This document shows, in pieces, positions 36,984 to 45,990 of a stretch of DNA of 64,000 bases. Position 1 is the first letter of the stretch. Every line of letters starts with the position of its first letter. The DNA lies in the sequence record NC_047995.1; one strand, written 5' to 3'. The notes beneath the pieces were generated by a model. It saw nothing but the letters and a program-made list of their open reading frames with translations, searched no databases and had not been told where the DNA came from. Made by a program: the position numbers and the translations under genes.

Positions 36984-37562
36984 ATGAACCAGATTGATAT
37001 GTTTGAAACGTATGGCGCTCATGAGATCTCTGACTACACTCAACTTGAGTATGAGCGTCTGTCAGGTGAGTACATAGCGAAATGTGACCGCAGAGTACAT
37101 GCGGCCTTCGGTGACCCAATTCTTACGGCAGAGTTTCTGGAGAAATACCCGATGCTTGTGCCCGGCAAATTGAAGTTTCGCAAGAAGCTGGTTATGGTCC
37201 AGGAGTTTGTGCTCGTTACACACGACAAGCTCAAGGCGAGCCTGCTCAAGAAACAGGGCAACGTTCGACAGACGGGCAATATAGACCCGCAGTACCTGAT
37301 CAACTTGTACAACCATACAGAGAAGGTAGCGTTGTTCGTCAGTGACTTCCGCGAGTTCATGGAGCAACACTTCATGAATGCCTTGCACCTGTTCACTGTC
37401 GCTACTGTGTATGATGGTCGCCTGTTGGTCTTCGCCGAAGATGGAGCACCTCTTGTTACTGCCGAAGAAACGCTTGCGATGCTGACTGAGATCGAGCACT
37501 TCATAAACAAGAGCAAGGTCTACCGCGTACTGGCAAGCAATCCTATCTATCGCACAATCTAA
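36984..37562 (+). CDS. Hypothetical protein
   Basis: GAGG SD. Confidence 0.8.
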   Translation: MNQIDMFETYGAHEISDYTQLEYERLSGEYIAKCDRRVHAAFGDPILTAEFLEKYPMLVPGKLKFRKKLVMVQEFVLVTHDKLKASLLKKQGNVRQTGNIDPQYLINLYNHTEKVALFVSDFREFMEQHFMNALHLFTVATVYDGRLLVFAEDGAPLVTAEETLAMLTEIEHFINKSKVYRVLASNPIYRTI

Positions 37563-37603
37563 CTAAACCTGAGCGCTTACGGGCGCTCTACTGGAGAAAC
37601 ATT

Positions 37604-39220
37604 ATGTCATTCGATCTTCGTCAAAACTTACTGCTTGTTCGTGACGCTTCCCTGACAGGCAAACCGCTGTTCTACTTCTACACTGCAATGGGCCGCGTCA
37701 TGGTCCTGACTGGTGACGTGCTGCGTGAAATCCTTGAGCGTCAGAAAGAGGGTACACTCTGCACCAACACTTACTGGGGATTCGTATCAGACCCTACGTT
37801 GGAAGTTTGGTCGTTCGATGATAACAATGACCTAATGCTTCACCACCGCATCGGCAAGTCCTGCAAAACGTTTCTGCCTTACGAAATGATTGCGAGTGCG
37901 CATGACGGGTTCAAGCCAATCAATGGCATGTTCATTGAAGACAGCTTGCACCGCATCATCAAGATTCATCTCAAGGCAACTTGTCGTGAAGAACAAAAGA
38001 TTACGTGGTTCGCCGATCTGCCTGAGCCTGAGATGCGTAGCATGTTGTTGTCACTGGGTCTGGGCCCGCTGCGCGTAGAGCGTGAAGACAAAGAGGGTCT
38101 GGTCAAGCTGCATGATCAGTGGCTGGAAGACTTCGATGACAAATACAAATACACGCATAACACACTCGGCCTCGATGAAGACGAAAAGATTCCTGCTGAT
38201 TATCGCCCTGAACGTATTCGTGACATTACGAAACGTATGATGGCTGGCACCAAGACACAAGAGATGATGGACCAGACTCTGAGTGACTTGCTGGGCCAGT
38301 GTCGTATCAGAGGCGATGTGCCTATGCCTAACAGCAAGTTCAATCGCAGTCAGTTGACCTGCTACTACGCAACGCATTTGATCTTTGCGCATGACGCAGA
38401 CGAAAAGCTGCGTAGCTTGATTGATAATCCGCAGTTCCTCGTTAACTTCATCTACGGCTGGTACCCTGATTATACGTGGATTACGATCAACGAAGAAACG
38501 TTCGACTATCAACAGTCACTGGTACGCGCTGCGCTGATCTCCCTCAAGAGCCATGTGCAGAATGAAATCGGTACGTACAAACTTGTACACGGCATGGTTA
38601 CGTTCACTGAGGACTTTGATCCACACGCGAAAGACAGGCCAGAAGAAGTAGAGGACGAGGAAGAGTACGACGAGGAAGAAGATGACGACGCAGAGCAGGA
38701 CGTTATCGACTACCTGCGCACTCGTAGTGAAGACGAACTACGCGCCGTTGCAATCAAGAGAAAAATGATTACCTCGCGTAAAGCAAAAACGCTGGACAAG
38801 GAAGAGCTTGTCGAAGTGTGCGCTGACTACTACGGCTCGGAGCTGCCTGAAGACTTCGACGAAGCAGAAGAAAAGGAACAGGAGCGCGTTCCTACGCCTC
38901 GTAAATTCCCTGCGCTGTCTAACGCGTCCAGTATTAAATACGATATCATCCGCAGCATTCTGAGCACTGCGCGTCGGTATAAGACGCAACCTGTACGCAT
39001 TAAGAAGACTGATCGTAATGCCCGCAAAGAGGCAGAAGTCAACGAGCGTAAGAGAGTGATCGACACTCTCCGCGATGCTGTCAACGATAACTGGTTGGAG
39101 TCTCTGCCTGCAAATACGTTAACGGCGCTTGCGTACTCTCTTACTAAGATGAAAGACAATGATCGCTACCCACGTGACTGTGCTTTCCTGAAAGAACTAA
39201 TTAAACACGCGGTCAAGTGA
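37604..39220 (+). CDS. Multidomain protein with two HeH-like modules and an acidic tract
   Basis: Modules at 38009-38122 and 38714-38830; EEVEDEEEYDEEEDDD tract. Confidence 0.8.
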   Translation: MSFDLRQNLLLVRDASLTGKPLFYFYTAMGRVMVLTGDVLREILERQKEGTLCTNTYWGFVSDPTLEVWSFDDNNDLMLHHRIGKSCKTFLPYEMIASAHDGFKPINGMFIEDSLHRIIKIHLKATCREEQKITWFADLPEPEMRSMLLSLGLGPLRVEREDKEGLVKLHDQWLEDFDDKYKYTHNTLGLDEDEKIPADYRPERIRDITKRMMAGTKTQEMMDQTLSDLLGQCRIRGDVPMPNSKFNRSQLTCYYATHLIFAHDADEKLRSLIDNPQFLVNFIYGWYPDYTWITINEETFDYQQSLVRAALISLKSHVQNEIGTYKLVHGMVTFTEDFDPHAKDRPEEVEDEEEYDEEEDDDAEQDVIDYLRTRSEDELRAVAIKRKMITSRKAKTLDKEELVEVCADYYGSELPEDFDEAEEKEQERVPTPRKFPALSNASSIKYDIIRSILSTARRYKTQPVRIKKTDRNARKEAEVNERKRVIDTLRDAVNDNWLESLPANTLTALAYSLTKMKDNDRYPRDCAFLKELIKHAVK

Positions 39221-39255
39221 ACCGTAAACAATACCTATTATTGAAGGGAAACAAA

Positions 39256-39675
39256 ATGAAAAAGAAAACCGTACTTGTCCTGAACCGCATAGCACTTATC
39301 ATGAACGACGACATGGTGCAGAAGTTTGGCGAACTCGCTAACGAGAATCGTGAACGTGCCTCCGACCTGAACATCATCATGCTGTCCAAGATGCAACAGG
39401 CTGTGAACTTGGCTCTGGCTAATGAGAATCCAGAAGCGTGTTGTCGTGCTGATATCGCGTGGACTGAATGTGGCCTTATCTCAACGTCTGGCTTCTTTGT
39501 GATTGCAACTACGGCAGACGATGAAGTGACGAACCACTTCGAAGACCACGACTACCTGAACCATTTGCGTTCGATTGAACGTATTGCACTGGAGAGCGGG
39601 TTCAAGTTGCAAGTCGAGCCTATTCGTGCGTTGTCTCCGTTCGATAAAACCGAAATCCCTGCATCAATGAAATGA
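39256..39675 (+). CDS. Hypothetical protein
   Basis: AAGGG SD before ATG 39256. Confidence 0.75.
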   Translation: MKKKTVLVLNRIALIMNDDMVQKFGELANENRERASDLNIIMLSKMQQAVNLALANENPEACCRADIAWTECGLISTSGFFVIATTADDEVTNHFEDHDYLNHLRSIERIALESGFKLQVEPIRALSPFDKTEIPASMK

Positions 39676-39683
39676 GGTGACCC

Positions 39684-39983
39684 ATGACACGCAAACAAAT
39701 CCTGATGAATGATGTTGCTATCGTCCTGACAATGAGTGAGCGCCGTGCGTTCCTCGGTCCGAAAGCTGACGGTTTTGTGTATCTACCCTCGAAAGAGGCC
39801 CTCACGAAGTTTGAGGCGCATATCAAGAAGTACGGCAGTCGTGATGACTATGCGTTTATTGAGCACCGTGAGCTACACTCTCTGAACTCTGCTGGCATTG
39901 TCGCTATTGCTCATGCTGTCGAATCTGACTCTGAGCGCCCTTGGCTGTGGACGAAAGAAGACTTCCGCGTTAAGCTCTGGTAA
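39684..39983 (+). CDS. Hypothetical protein
   Basis: GAGGTG SD. Confidence 0.8.
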   Translation: MTRKQILMNDVAIVLTMSERRAFLGPKADGFVYLPSKEALTKFEAHIKKYGSRDDYAFIEHRELHSLNSAGIVAIAHAVESDSERPWLWTKEDFRVKLW

Positions 39984-39991
39984 GCATAAAA

Positions 39992-40036
39992 CTGGCTAAA
40001 ATCGTGGTATCAATCCGAACCGTCCTATGATATACT
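39992..40036 (+). promoter_or_regulatory. Phage promoter class A
   Basis: CTGGCTAAAAT, then TGA-TATACT at +39. Confidence 0.8.
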
Positions 40037-40088
40037 AGAAGCGTAGCTTGTGCTGCGCTTTTATAACATATGTCTGAGGAGACAACAA

Positions 40089-40556
40089 ATGCTTGAAGAA
40101 ATCAAACCAACCTTATCCGATATGGAATTGCAGGACACGATCATGGAAGCAGGCGTTGCCAAGATCATCGAACACAAACCTGAGTGGATTGATGTGGCGA
40201 CCGCAGGTGCTCGTATGTATCTGGTGGTAGTCAGCCAGCTCGGGGGTCCGATTCCTGAAATCCGTTTCGTTCACAACCAGAAGCCGTGCAAGATTCAATT
40301 CAAGTTGCGCGAATCCGAAGGCACCGACGAGTTCGTTGCGAACGATATCGACCACAAAACTCAAATGGCAATCCTTGACGAAATGTTGACGACCGCCGAA
40401 GCGAGTCCGAATGGTCACACGCTGCTGGACCTTGCCGTGTGCTCCGCCCGTCTATTCATGATTGGTTACGACGGCCTTGCAGGTACTGTCGAAGTTATTC
40501 GCTTCCGTCATGACCAGAAGAACTATTCCATGAACCTGATTGAAGAAGGTAAATAA
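40089..40556 (+). CDS. Hypothetical protein
   Basis: GAGGAG SD before ATG 40089. Confidence 0.8.
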   Translation: MLEEIKPTLSDMELQDTIMEAGVAKIIEHKPEWIDVATAGARMYLVVVSQLGGPIPEIRFVHNQKPCKIQFKLRESEGTDEFVANDIDHKTQMAILDEMLTTAEASPNGHTLLDLAVCSARLFMIGYDGLAGTVEVIRFRHDQKNYSMNLIEEGK

Positions 40557-40557
40557 C

Positions 40558-41223
40558 ATGAAACCAGATTACACTCTGCTCAAACGTAGCAAGGTTGATG
40601 TTAACCGCTTCGCTTTCGTGTACGACGGCGACCTGCTTGCCAACTTTACCGCCTCCCAGTTGTATCGGACGCTGGAGAAACTCAATAGCCCGAACGTGAT
40701 TAAAGATGTTGATGTGCTCTGGCGTGACGGTACGCGCACCGTTGAAGAATTGCGTGTGACCGAGCATCGCCACTTTGTTCGTTTCGATACGTGCGAATAT
40801 GACCACGCTATCTGCCTGATGATGCGAGCACAAGGTCTGCCTATTGAACTGTCTGTCCCTGTAGACGTGCGTAGGCTATTCGACGCGCATGGATCACTTA
40901 TCTCTGAGATTCGTGTACCGTCTGAATTTGTCGCAGACCTCAAGCCTGCTCTTGAGCGCTTCATTCCTGGCGACGAAGATGACTGGGACGAAGATGCGGA
41001 TGATGACTTCGACGATGAAGATGAAAGCGACTTCGACGAGGAGGAGTTTGGATTCCGTCCAGAAGACTTGCGTCCGCAACTAAGCGACTTCGGATATCGT
41101 GCGGCCGACTGGGTTGTCACTCTGACTGATGAACAAATCAGCGAAGTACACACTCTTGAAGTGGGTATTGACCCAGACATTGAACTGCCTCGTGCGGCTG
41201 ATGCGAAGGAAGAATTTTTCTAA
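40558..41223 (+). CDS. Hypothetical protein with acidic C-terminal region
   Basis: AAGG SD; DEDDWDEDADDDFDDEDE tract. Confidence 0.8.
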   Translation: MKPDYTLLKRSKVDVNRFAFVYDGDLLANFTASQLYRTLEKLNSPNVIKDVDVLWRDGTRTVEELRVTEHRHFVRFDTCEYDHAICLMMRAQGLPIELSVPVDVRRLFDAHGSLISEIRVPSEFVADLKPALERFIPGDEDDWDEDADDDFDDEDESDFDEEEFGFRPEDLRPQLSDFGYRAADWVVTLTDEQISEVHTLEVGIDPDIELPRAADAKEEFF

Positions 41224-41414
41224 TGAAAACTATTAACGAACAGGTCAAGGAATTGAAACAGCACGGCGTGCTTATCGTTGAAGAACACCAGAAACACACG
41301 CTGCCTGATTTGACCTTCACGCTTGATTGCCTGTGTATGCCACACACTAAGCGGGAAGTAGAGACAACCACGCGCGGCCGTGTTGTTAAGATTCGCCTGA
41401 CAAACATCCACTAA
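41223..41414 (+). CDS. Small hypothetical protein
   Basis: TAATG coupling. Confidence 0.65.
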   Translation: MKTINEQVKELKQHGVLIVEEHQKHTLPDLTFTLDCLCMPHTKREVETTTRGRVVKIRLTNIH

Positions 41415-41423
41415 CTTTGTGGT

Positions 41424-41501
41424 CTTGGCCCGCCCATCCAGAAATGCTCACCCCCAATGAGGTGTCTCGCGCAGAGGCCTGATGGTCACCGGGTCCTTTT
41501 T
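41424..41501 (+). ncRNA. Candidate structured RNA element (multibranch stem followed by U tract)
   Basis: Pairings read by eye: ggcccg/cgggtc, ccatc/gatgg, internal ctca/tgag and gtctc/gaggc hairpins, then TTTTT. Confidence 0.3.
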
Positions 41502-41557
41502 AGAGCGCACTACCGAGTACGCTGTACAAAGTAAATCACAATCAACAGGAGGCTGTT

Positions 41558-41929
41558 ATGAAGTTTAACGATGTATCTCACAAAGCGCAGGTGGTTCTCA
41601 TGGCGAGTGCGTTTGGCGGTGTGATGGAAGTTCTGTCCCGTAGCATGGACGATGAAGGTCGCAAGTTCCTGGAAGTTGCGCTACGCCGTGTCGGTCTGAC
41701 AGTTGAGGAGTTCCAAGCTCTTATCAACGATCTCGACGAACCTACAGGTAAAGAAATCATTGCTGTTATGGAAACAGCGCAAGCCGAAGAGTCTGCGTGT
41801 GAGGCAGAAGACGAAGACGAAGAAGAATCTGCTGACGACGACTCTGATACGGACGCTGACGGTTGGCAAGATCTGCAAGAAGATCGCATCTGTCTCGTAT
41901 GCAACCACGAATACTGCGTCTGTCACTAG
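41558..41929 (+). CDS. Helical protein with acidic tail and terminal Cys/His knuckle; paralogue of 13429..13701
   Basis: GGAGG SD; alignment to the 13429 protein; C-terminus CLVCNHEYCVCH. Confidence 0.8.
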   Translation: MKFNDVSHKAQVVLMASAFGGVMEVLSRSMDDEGRKFLEVALRRVGLTVEEFQALINDLDEPTGKEIIAVMETAQAEESACEAEDEDEEESADDDSDTDADGWQDLQEDRICLVCNHEYCVCH

Positions 41930-41940
41930 TCTGCATAAAT

Positions 41941-41985
41941 CTGGACAAAATGAGGCTTGTCTCAAATAGCTGCCTGAACTATACT
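41941..41985 (+). promoter_or_regulatory. Phage promoter class A
   Basis: CTGGACAAAAT, TTGTCT at 17-bp spacing, TATACT at +39. Confidence 0.8.
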
Positions 41986-41991
41986 ATATAG

Positions 41992-42186
41992 ACAGCGAGA
42001 CAAGTGCTCTCTGTGTGCCTTTGTACTGCTTGACCATGTGTTTCCGATTTTCCCGGCACATGGTCCTTTTTAAAGTCGGCTTCCAACGAGGCTGCTTTAA
42101 AAAGGGTTCGATACCCTTTGAGCGCGTCGGGCTTTACGCGGTTTCCGCCTGCCGTGCTCTCATGCTAAACCGCAAAGGAAATTGAA
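41992..42186 (+). ncRNA. Candidate ~195-nt structured leader/ncRNA with a T-loop-like hairpin
   Basis: 9-bp stem gaccatgtg/cacatggtc; long stem ctttttaaag..cggctt/aggctg..ctttaaaaag; aaaggg-TTCGATA-cccttt. Confidence 0.45.
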
Positions 42187-42915
42187 ATGCCTACTACTTC
42201 ACGTCCTAAGACAGAAGACAAGTTCTCCCGTGTTCGTGCCTCTAAGAACTCTCCTGAGCGTCAGGCAGCGGTCGCTAAGAAAACTCCACGAGGCCCGAAA
42301 GGTTCCACGAACACCGGAGGCTTCAAAAGGGATGAAGTTGTGATGTTAATCAGCTCGCCAAAGATTCGTGATGAAGAACGTGTGTACAATCTCGTACATG
42401 CAATTCTGAGCGCGTGGAAAGCAGATGTTGGTCATGCCGAACATACAGCTGCCTCTGCCGGCATCATCAAAGTGTCACGTCGTAAGATTGAAGGCGCCCT
42501 GCGTGACCTCAAGAATACGCGCTTCACTAAAATCCCGACACTCATTAATGATATCCTGACAGGCTCTGATATCTGCGCTGAGTTTGGAATGTGGGTGTAT
42601 GTCGAGCACGACAGTCCTGATTGGATTTTCGTCCGTCTGCCTGATGACAGTACACCTGTGATTCGTGCTGATATCAGTTGTGACAAGACAGGCGAAACGT
42701 CTGCGTCTATCACAACGTCCAGTGAAGCTCTGCTGGAAACGTTCAGCGAAAGCGATGATGAGATCGAGATACTTGAATGTAACGATCAAGATATCGAAGA
42801 CCTCGAAACGAAGGCGATGCGCAAACAGCTAATCGACAAGGGCATCATTAAGCCCGAAGCTGCCGACAAGCTGCATCGCCCTGACTTGATGAAGCTGTTA
42901 GCGTACTACGCATAA
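42187..42915 (+). CDS. Protein with basic N-terminus and C-terminal HeH-like module
   Basis: Module IEDLETKAMRKQLIDKGII...DKLHRPDLMKLL at 42793-42909. Confidence 0.8.
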   Translation: MPTTSRPKTEDKFSRVRASKNSPERQAAVAKKTPRGPKGSTNTGGFKRDEVVMLISSPKIRDEERVYNLVHAILSAWKADVGHAEHTAASAGIIKVSRRKIEGALRDLKNTRFTKIPTLINDILTGSDICAEFGMWVYVEHDSPDWIFVRLPDDSTPVIRADISCDKTGETSASITTSSEALLETFSESDDEIEILECNDQDIEDLETKAMRKQLIDKGIIKPEAADKLHRPDLMKLLAYYA

Positions 42916-42971
42916 GCAATAACGAGCAGGCAGTGTAGTAGCTGCCTGCTATCTGCGAAGTATGCAGAAAA

Positions 42972-43017
42972 CTGGACAAAATCGTGGTTGTTATCTGACG
43001 GCCACCAATGCTATACT
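42972..43017 (+). promoter_or_regulatory. Phage promoter class A
   Basis: CTGGACAAAAT, then TGC-TATACT at +40. Confidence 0.8.
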
Positions 43018-43073
43018 TAATGCAGACGCAATAGTGCGTCGCAAACAAAACCCAATACTGAGGAGTATTAATC

Positions 43074-44651
43074 ATGGCACGTATCGAAACTAACACTAAC
43101 CTGGTTGGCAAAACTATCGTCCTGCTGAACGGCACCAAAGCTAAAATCGAAGATGCGATTGCATCAGGTTATAAAGTGAAAGGCCAGAGCAAGCGTATCG
43201 CCACTCGTTGTGTTGTGAAAGAAGGCGCTCACTTCCGCGAAATCGAACGCATGAACATGAGCCTGCTGGAAGACACTGGCGAAGGCTATGTAAAGTTGAA
43301 AGACGCGAAAGCTGCGAAAGCAAAACCGGCCGCCGATAAGAAACCAGCAGGCAAGAAAGACCCGAAAGCTACTGGCAAGAAACCTGCCAAGCCTGCGAAA
43401 GAAAAAGAACCTAAGGTTCGTCGCAAAACCTCCGAAGAGAAATCCGACGAGTATCAAGATCTGGCACACGCTATCATCAAAGGTGGCAAGCGCGCCAAGC
43501 CAGTAGAAATCGCTGAGATCGACGCTGACCTGACTGACACCGTAGCGCAACGTCTGGTAGACGTGCTGAACAACTCTGAGATCGCCAAGCTGTGCGCTGA
43601 CAACAAAACGCCGATTGCGAACGCTCTGGAAGTTGCATACGGCGCCGAGTTCGCTCCTGAAACAAACGTCATGCAGATCACGCTGAGCCTGCAATACGCG
43701 AAGCCTGTTGCCGTGCTGTCTCGTCCGACTCTGGAAAACGCCGAAGCCATTGCGTTACGTGCTCAAAAAATGGCGGCGCCTAAGCTGTCCATGAAGCTCA
43801 AGAAAGCGATTCGTGAAGCGTTCAACCTCGAAGACGCCAACGAGCTGGAGCTGGGCACCGTGCTTATCTCTGGCGACGAAGAATTTGTGTTCTTCGGTGA
43901 GTCTGCCAAGCACGTCGGCAAAGCGCTGCTGTATGTCGTAGCGACCGACAAATTCAAATCTGTGCTGGGCTCAACTCTGGGTGATTATGAAATCCCAGAA
44001 CTTGAGGAAGAAGAAGAAGACGCCGCCGAAGAGGAAGAAGAAGAAGAGGAAGAAGACGGCGAAGAAGAGGACGGTGAAGAAGAGGACGGCGAAGAAGAAG
44101 ATACCGCCGAATACGAATACGTTGCCGTGAACAAAGACCAGCTCGATATGGTCAATAAGAAAGTGACCGCTAAGTATCACGCTGCGTTGGCTGAACGCTT
44201 CAATACAACCGAAGAAGTTCTGATCCCGGGTCTGGTGCTGACCGATGGTGAAACGACCTTCGCTTACCTGGGCTGTGATAGCAAAGGCGGTCTGCTGGTC
44301 ATCGACTGCGGTGACGACGGCGAAGGCGAAGACGTGATGCTGTATAGCAAAGCTGATATCAAAGAGCTGGAAGACTTCAATCCTGTGCTGGGCGCTGCTG
44401 GTTCTGATGCCGATGAAGAAGACGGCGACGACGATGCGGAAGAAGACGGCGACGATGAAGAAGATGGCGATGACGAAGACGAAGACGGTGAAGATGACGA
44501 CTTCGACTTTGACGATGTACCAGAAACTGATATCGAAGATCTGACCGACGACGAACTGCGTGACCGTGTAGTTGAAGCAGGCCTGACCACTGTACGCAAA
44601 GCCGATCAGATGGACGCCGCTAAACTGCGCAAGCTGCTGAAAAGCGCATAA
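43074..44651 (+). CDS. Large modular acidic protein (basic N-domain, two repeated domains, D/E tracts, C-terminal HeH-like module)
   Basis: GAGGAG SD; strong codon bias; module at 44532-44648; paralogous domains shared with 44734. Confidence 0.9.
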   Translation: MARIETNTNLVGKTIVLLNGTKAKIEDAIASGYKVKGQSKRIATRCVVKEGAHFREIERMNMSLLEDTGEGYVKLKDAKAAKAKPAADKKPAGKKDPKATGKKPAKPAKEKEPKVRRKTSEEKSDEYQDLAHAIIKGGKRAKPVEIAEIDADLTDTVAQRLVDVLNNSEIAKLCADNKTPIANALEVAYGAEFAPETNVMQITLSLQYAKPVAVLSRPTLENAEAIALRAQKMAAPKLSMKLKKAIREAFNLEDANELELGTVLISGDEEFVFFGESAKHVGKALLYVVATDKFKSVLGSTLGDYEIPELEEEEEDAAEEEEEEEEEDGEEEDGEEEDGEEEDTAEYEYVAVNKDQLDMVNKKVTAKYHAALAERFNTTEEVLIPGLVLTDGETTFAYLGCDSKGGLLVIDCGDDGEGEDVMLYSKADIKELEDFNPVLGAAGSDADEEDGDDDAEEDGDDEEDGDDEDEDGEDDDFDFDDVPETDIEDLTDDELRDRVVEAGLTTVRKADQMDAAKLRKLLKSA

Positions 44652-44733
44652 CGAACTACCGTAACAACTGAACAAGATGCGGCTCTCACCGGGCCGCATA
44701 TCTGACAAATAAAGCTGATTGAGGAATCACACT

Positions 44734-45990
44734 ATGTCAAACGCAAACAAAATTCTGCTTAACGCTCGTGTACGCCGCTTAGATGGTACCATCACTTACA
44801 TCAATAAAATAAACGCTAACGGTTATAGCACCGATGCGAAAGGCCCGCAGATTCCTGTGAAGCGTATTGTGTTCGCAGGCAAATCTCTGAAAGAAATCGA
44901 ACAGCCGTTCGAAAAAGGCGAGTTCGTGATTGTGCAGGGCGTTGCTGTTAAGCTAAACAAACGCCAGCAACGTGAACTGGCTGAGGGCACCCTCGACGAG
45001 AAAGCGCTGCGTCCTGAGTTCGGCCGTCTGGCGTTCATCGACCGCGACGACGGTAAAGCAACTGACGGCAAGAAAGTGAAGCCGAAAGCCGTGAAGAAAG
45101 ACTCTGGCCTGAAAGCTACTCGTAAGCAGAACGGTGACACGCGCACCAAGAAAGAACGCAAGGCAGAAGCTGCCGCTGCCGATGATTCGCTCGACATGAT
45201 CAAGTCCACGCCGATTGATCGTAAAGCTGAACTGGCTAACGTCATCGACGCGACAATCGAAGACGCGACGACCAAAGAGCGCCGCAAGCTGCTGTCTGAA
45301 TCGTTCGACATGGACTGGAAAGACGTGAAGAAGCATGGCGGTAAAGGTGTCGTCAAACACATGGGCCGTAAAGCTGCGCAAGCTGCTGTGAACAAACTGT
45401 CTGCGACTGTGACGCAAGACGCATTCATCAAACAGATGCCTGCTGCGTTGAAGCGCCTCATTCAGGACGGCACGTTGACGCTCAACAAGGCCCAGATTGA
45501 ACGTGTGTTGAGTGCGCTCGACCTCGACGTTCGATTCTACAGCATTGCAATGCAGACGCTGCTGGGTAACCTCAAGCTGTCTCTCGAACGTGCTGCTGAT
45601 GAACCGAAAGCGGTCAAGAAAGTGAAGAAGCAAAAAGTACGTCAGGGCAAACCGACGTATGCGTCTGAGAAAGACCAGAAGCGCCGCATCAAGAAAATGA
45701 GTTGCGCTCTGCTGGCACCTTCGAAGAAAGATTTGAAGGAACTGAAAAGTAAAATCAAAGCGGCGAAAGCAACGATTGCCAAGAAGCTCGGACTCAAGGA
45801 CGATGAAGTGAAGCGCGGCCTGATCGTGTACCGTCCTAACGGTGTTGAGTTGATGTTCGTAGCGTGTGACCTGGTCGGGCCTGTGTTCATCGAGAAAGAC
45901 GGTGACCGTGTGCAGTTCAACTATGCGCACGTCGGCAGCACCTTCGACCTGCGTCTGACTGAACCTTCTGAACTGGATGCTACTGTATGA
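44734..45990 (+). CDS. Large Lys-rich protein, basic paralogue of 43074..44651
   Basis: GAGGA SD before ATG 44734; shares the N-terminal domain and a repeat domain with the upstream gene. Confidence 0.85.
   Translation: MSNANKILLNARVRRLDGTITYINKINANGYSTDAKGPQIPVKRIVFAGKSLKEIEQPFEKGEFVIVQGVAVKLNKRQQRELAEGTLDEKALRPEFGRLAFIDRDDGKATDGKKVKPKAVKKDSGLKATRKQNGDTRTKKERKAEAAAADDSLDMIKSTPIDRKAELANVIDATIEDATTKERRKLLSESFDMDWKDVKKHGGKGVVKHMGRKAAQAAVNKLSATVTQDAFIKQMPAALKRLIQDGTLTLNKAQIERVLSALDLDVRFYSIAMQTLLGNLKLSLERAADEPKAVKKVKKQKVRQGKPTYASEKDQKRRIKKMSCALLAPSKKDLKELKSKIKAAKATIAKKLGLKDDEVKRGLIVYRPNGVELMFVACDLVGPVFIEKDGDRVQFNYAHVGSTFDLRLTEPSELDATV

Noticed and set aside
41430-41495. Hammerhead ribozyme (GAAA, GTC and CTGATG occur in a permissible order)
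   Set aside because: The core reads CUGAUGG rather than CUGANGA, and stems I and II cannot be closed next to the core. Kept only as a generic structured element.
42004-42126. Canonical tRNA gene (T-arm present, TT-CCA-AC could be a Trp anticodon loop)
   Set aside because: There is no D-arm, the stem around the putative anticodon loop does not pair in register, the length is about 120 nt, there is no CCA, and the 5' strand competes with a 5'-terminal hairpin.
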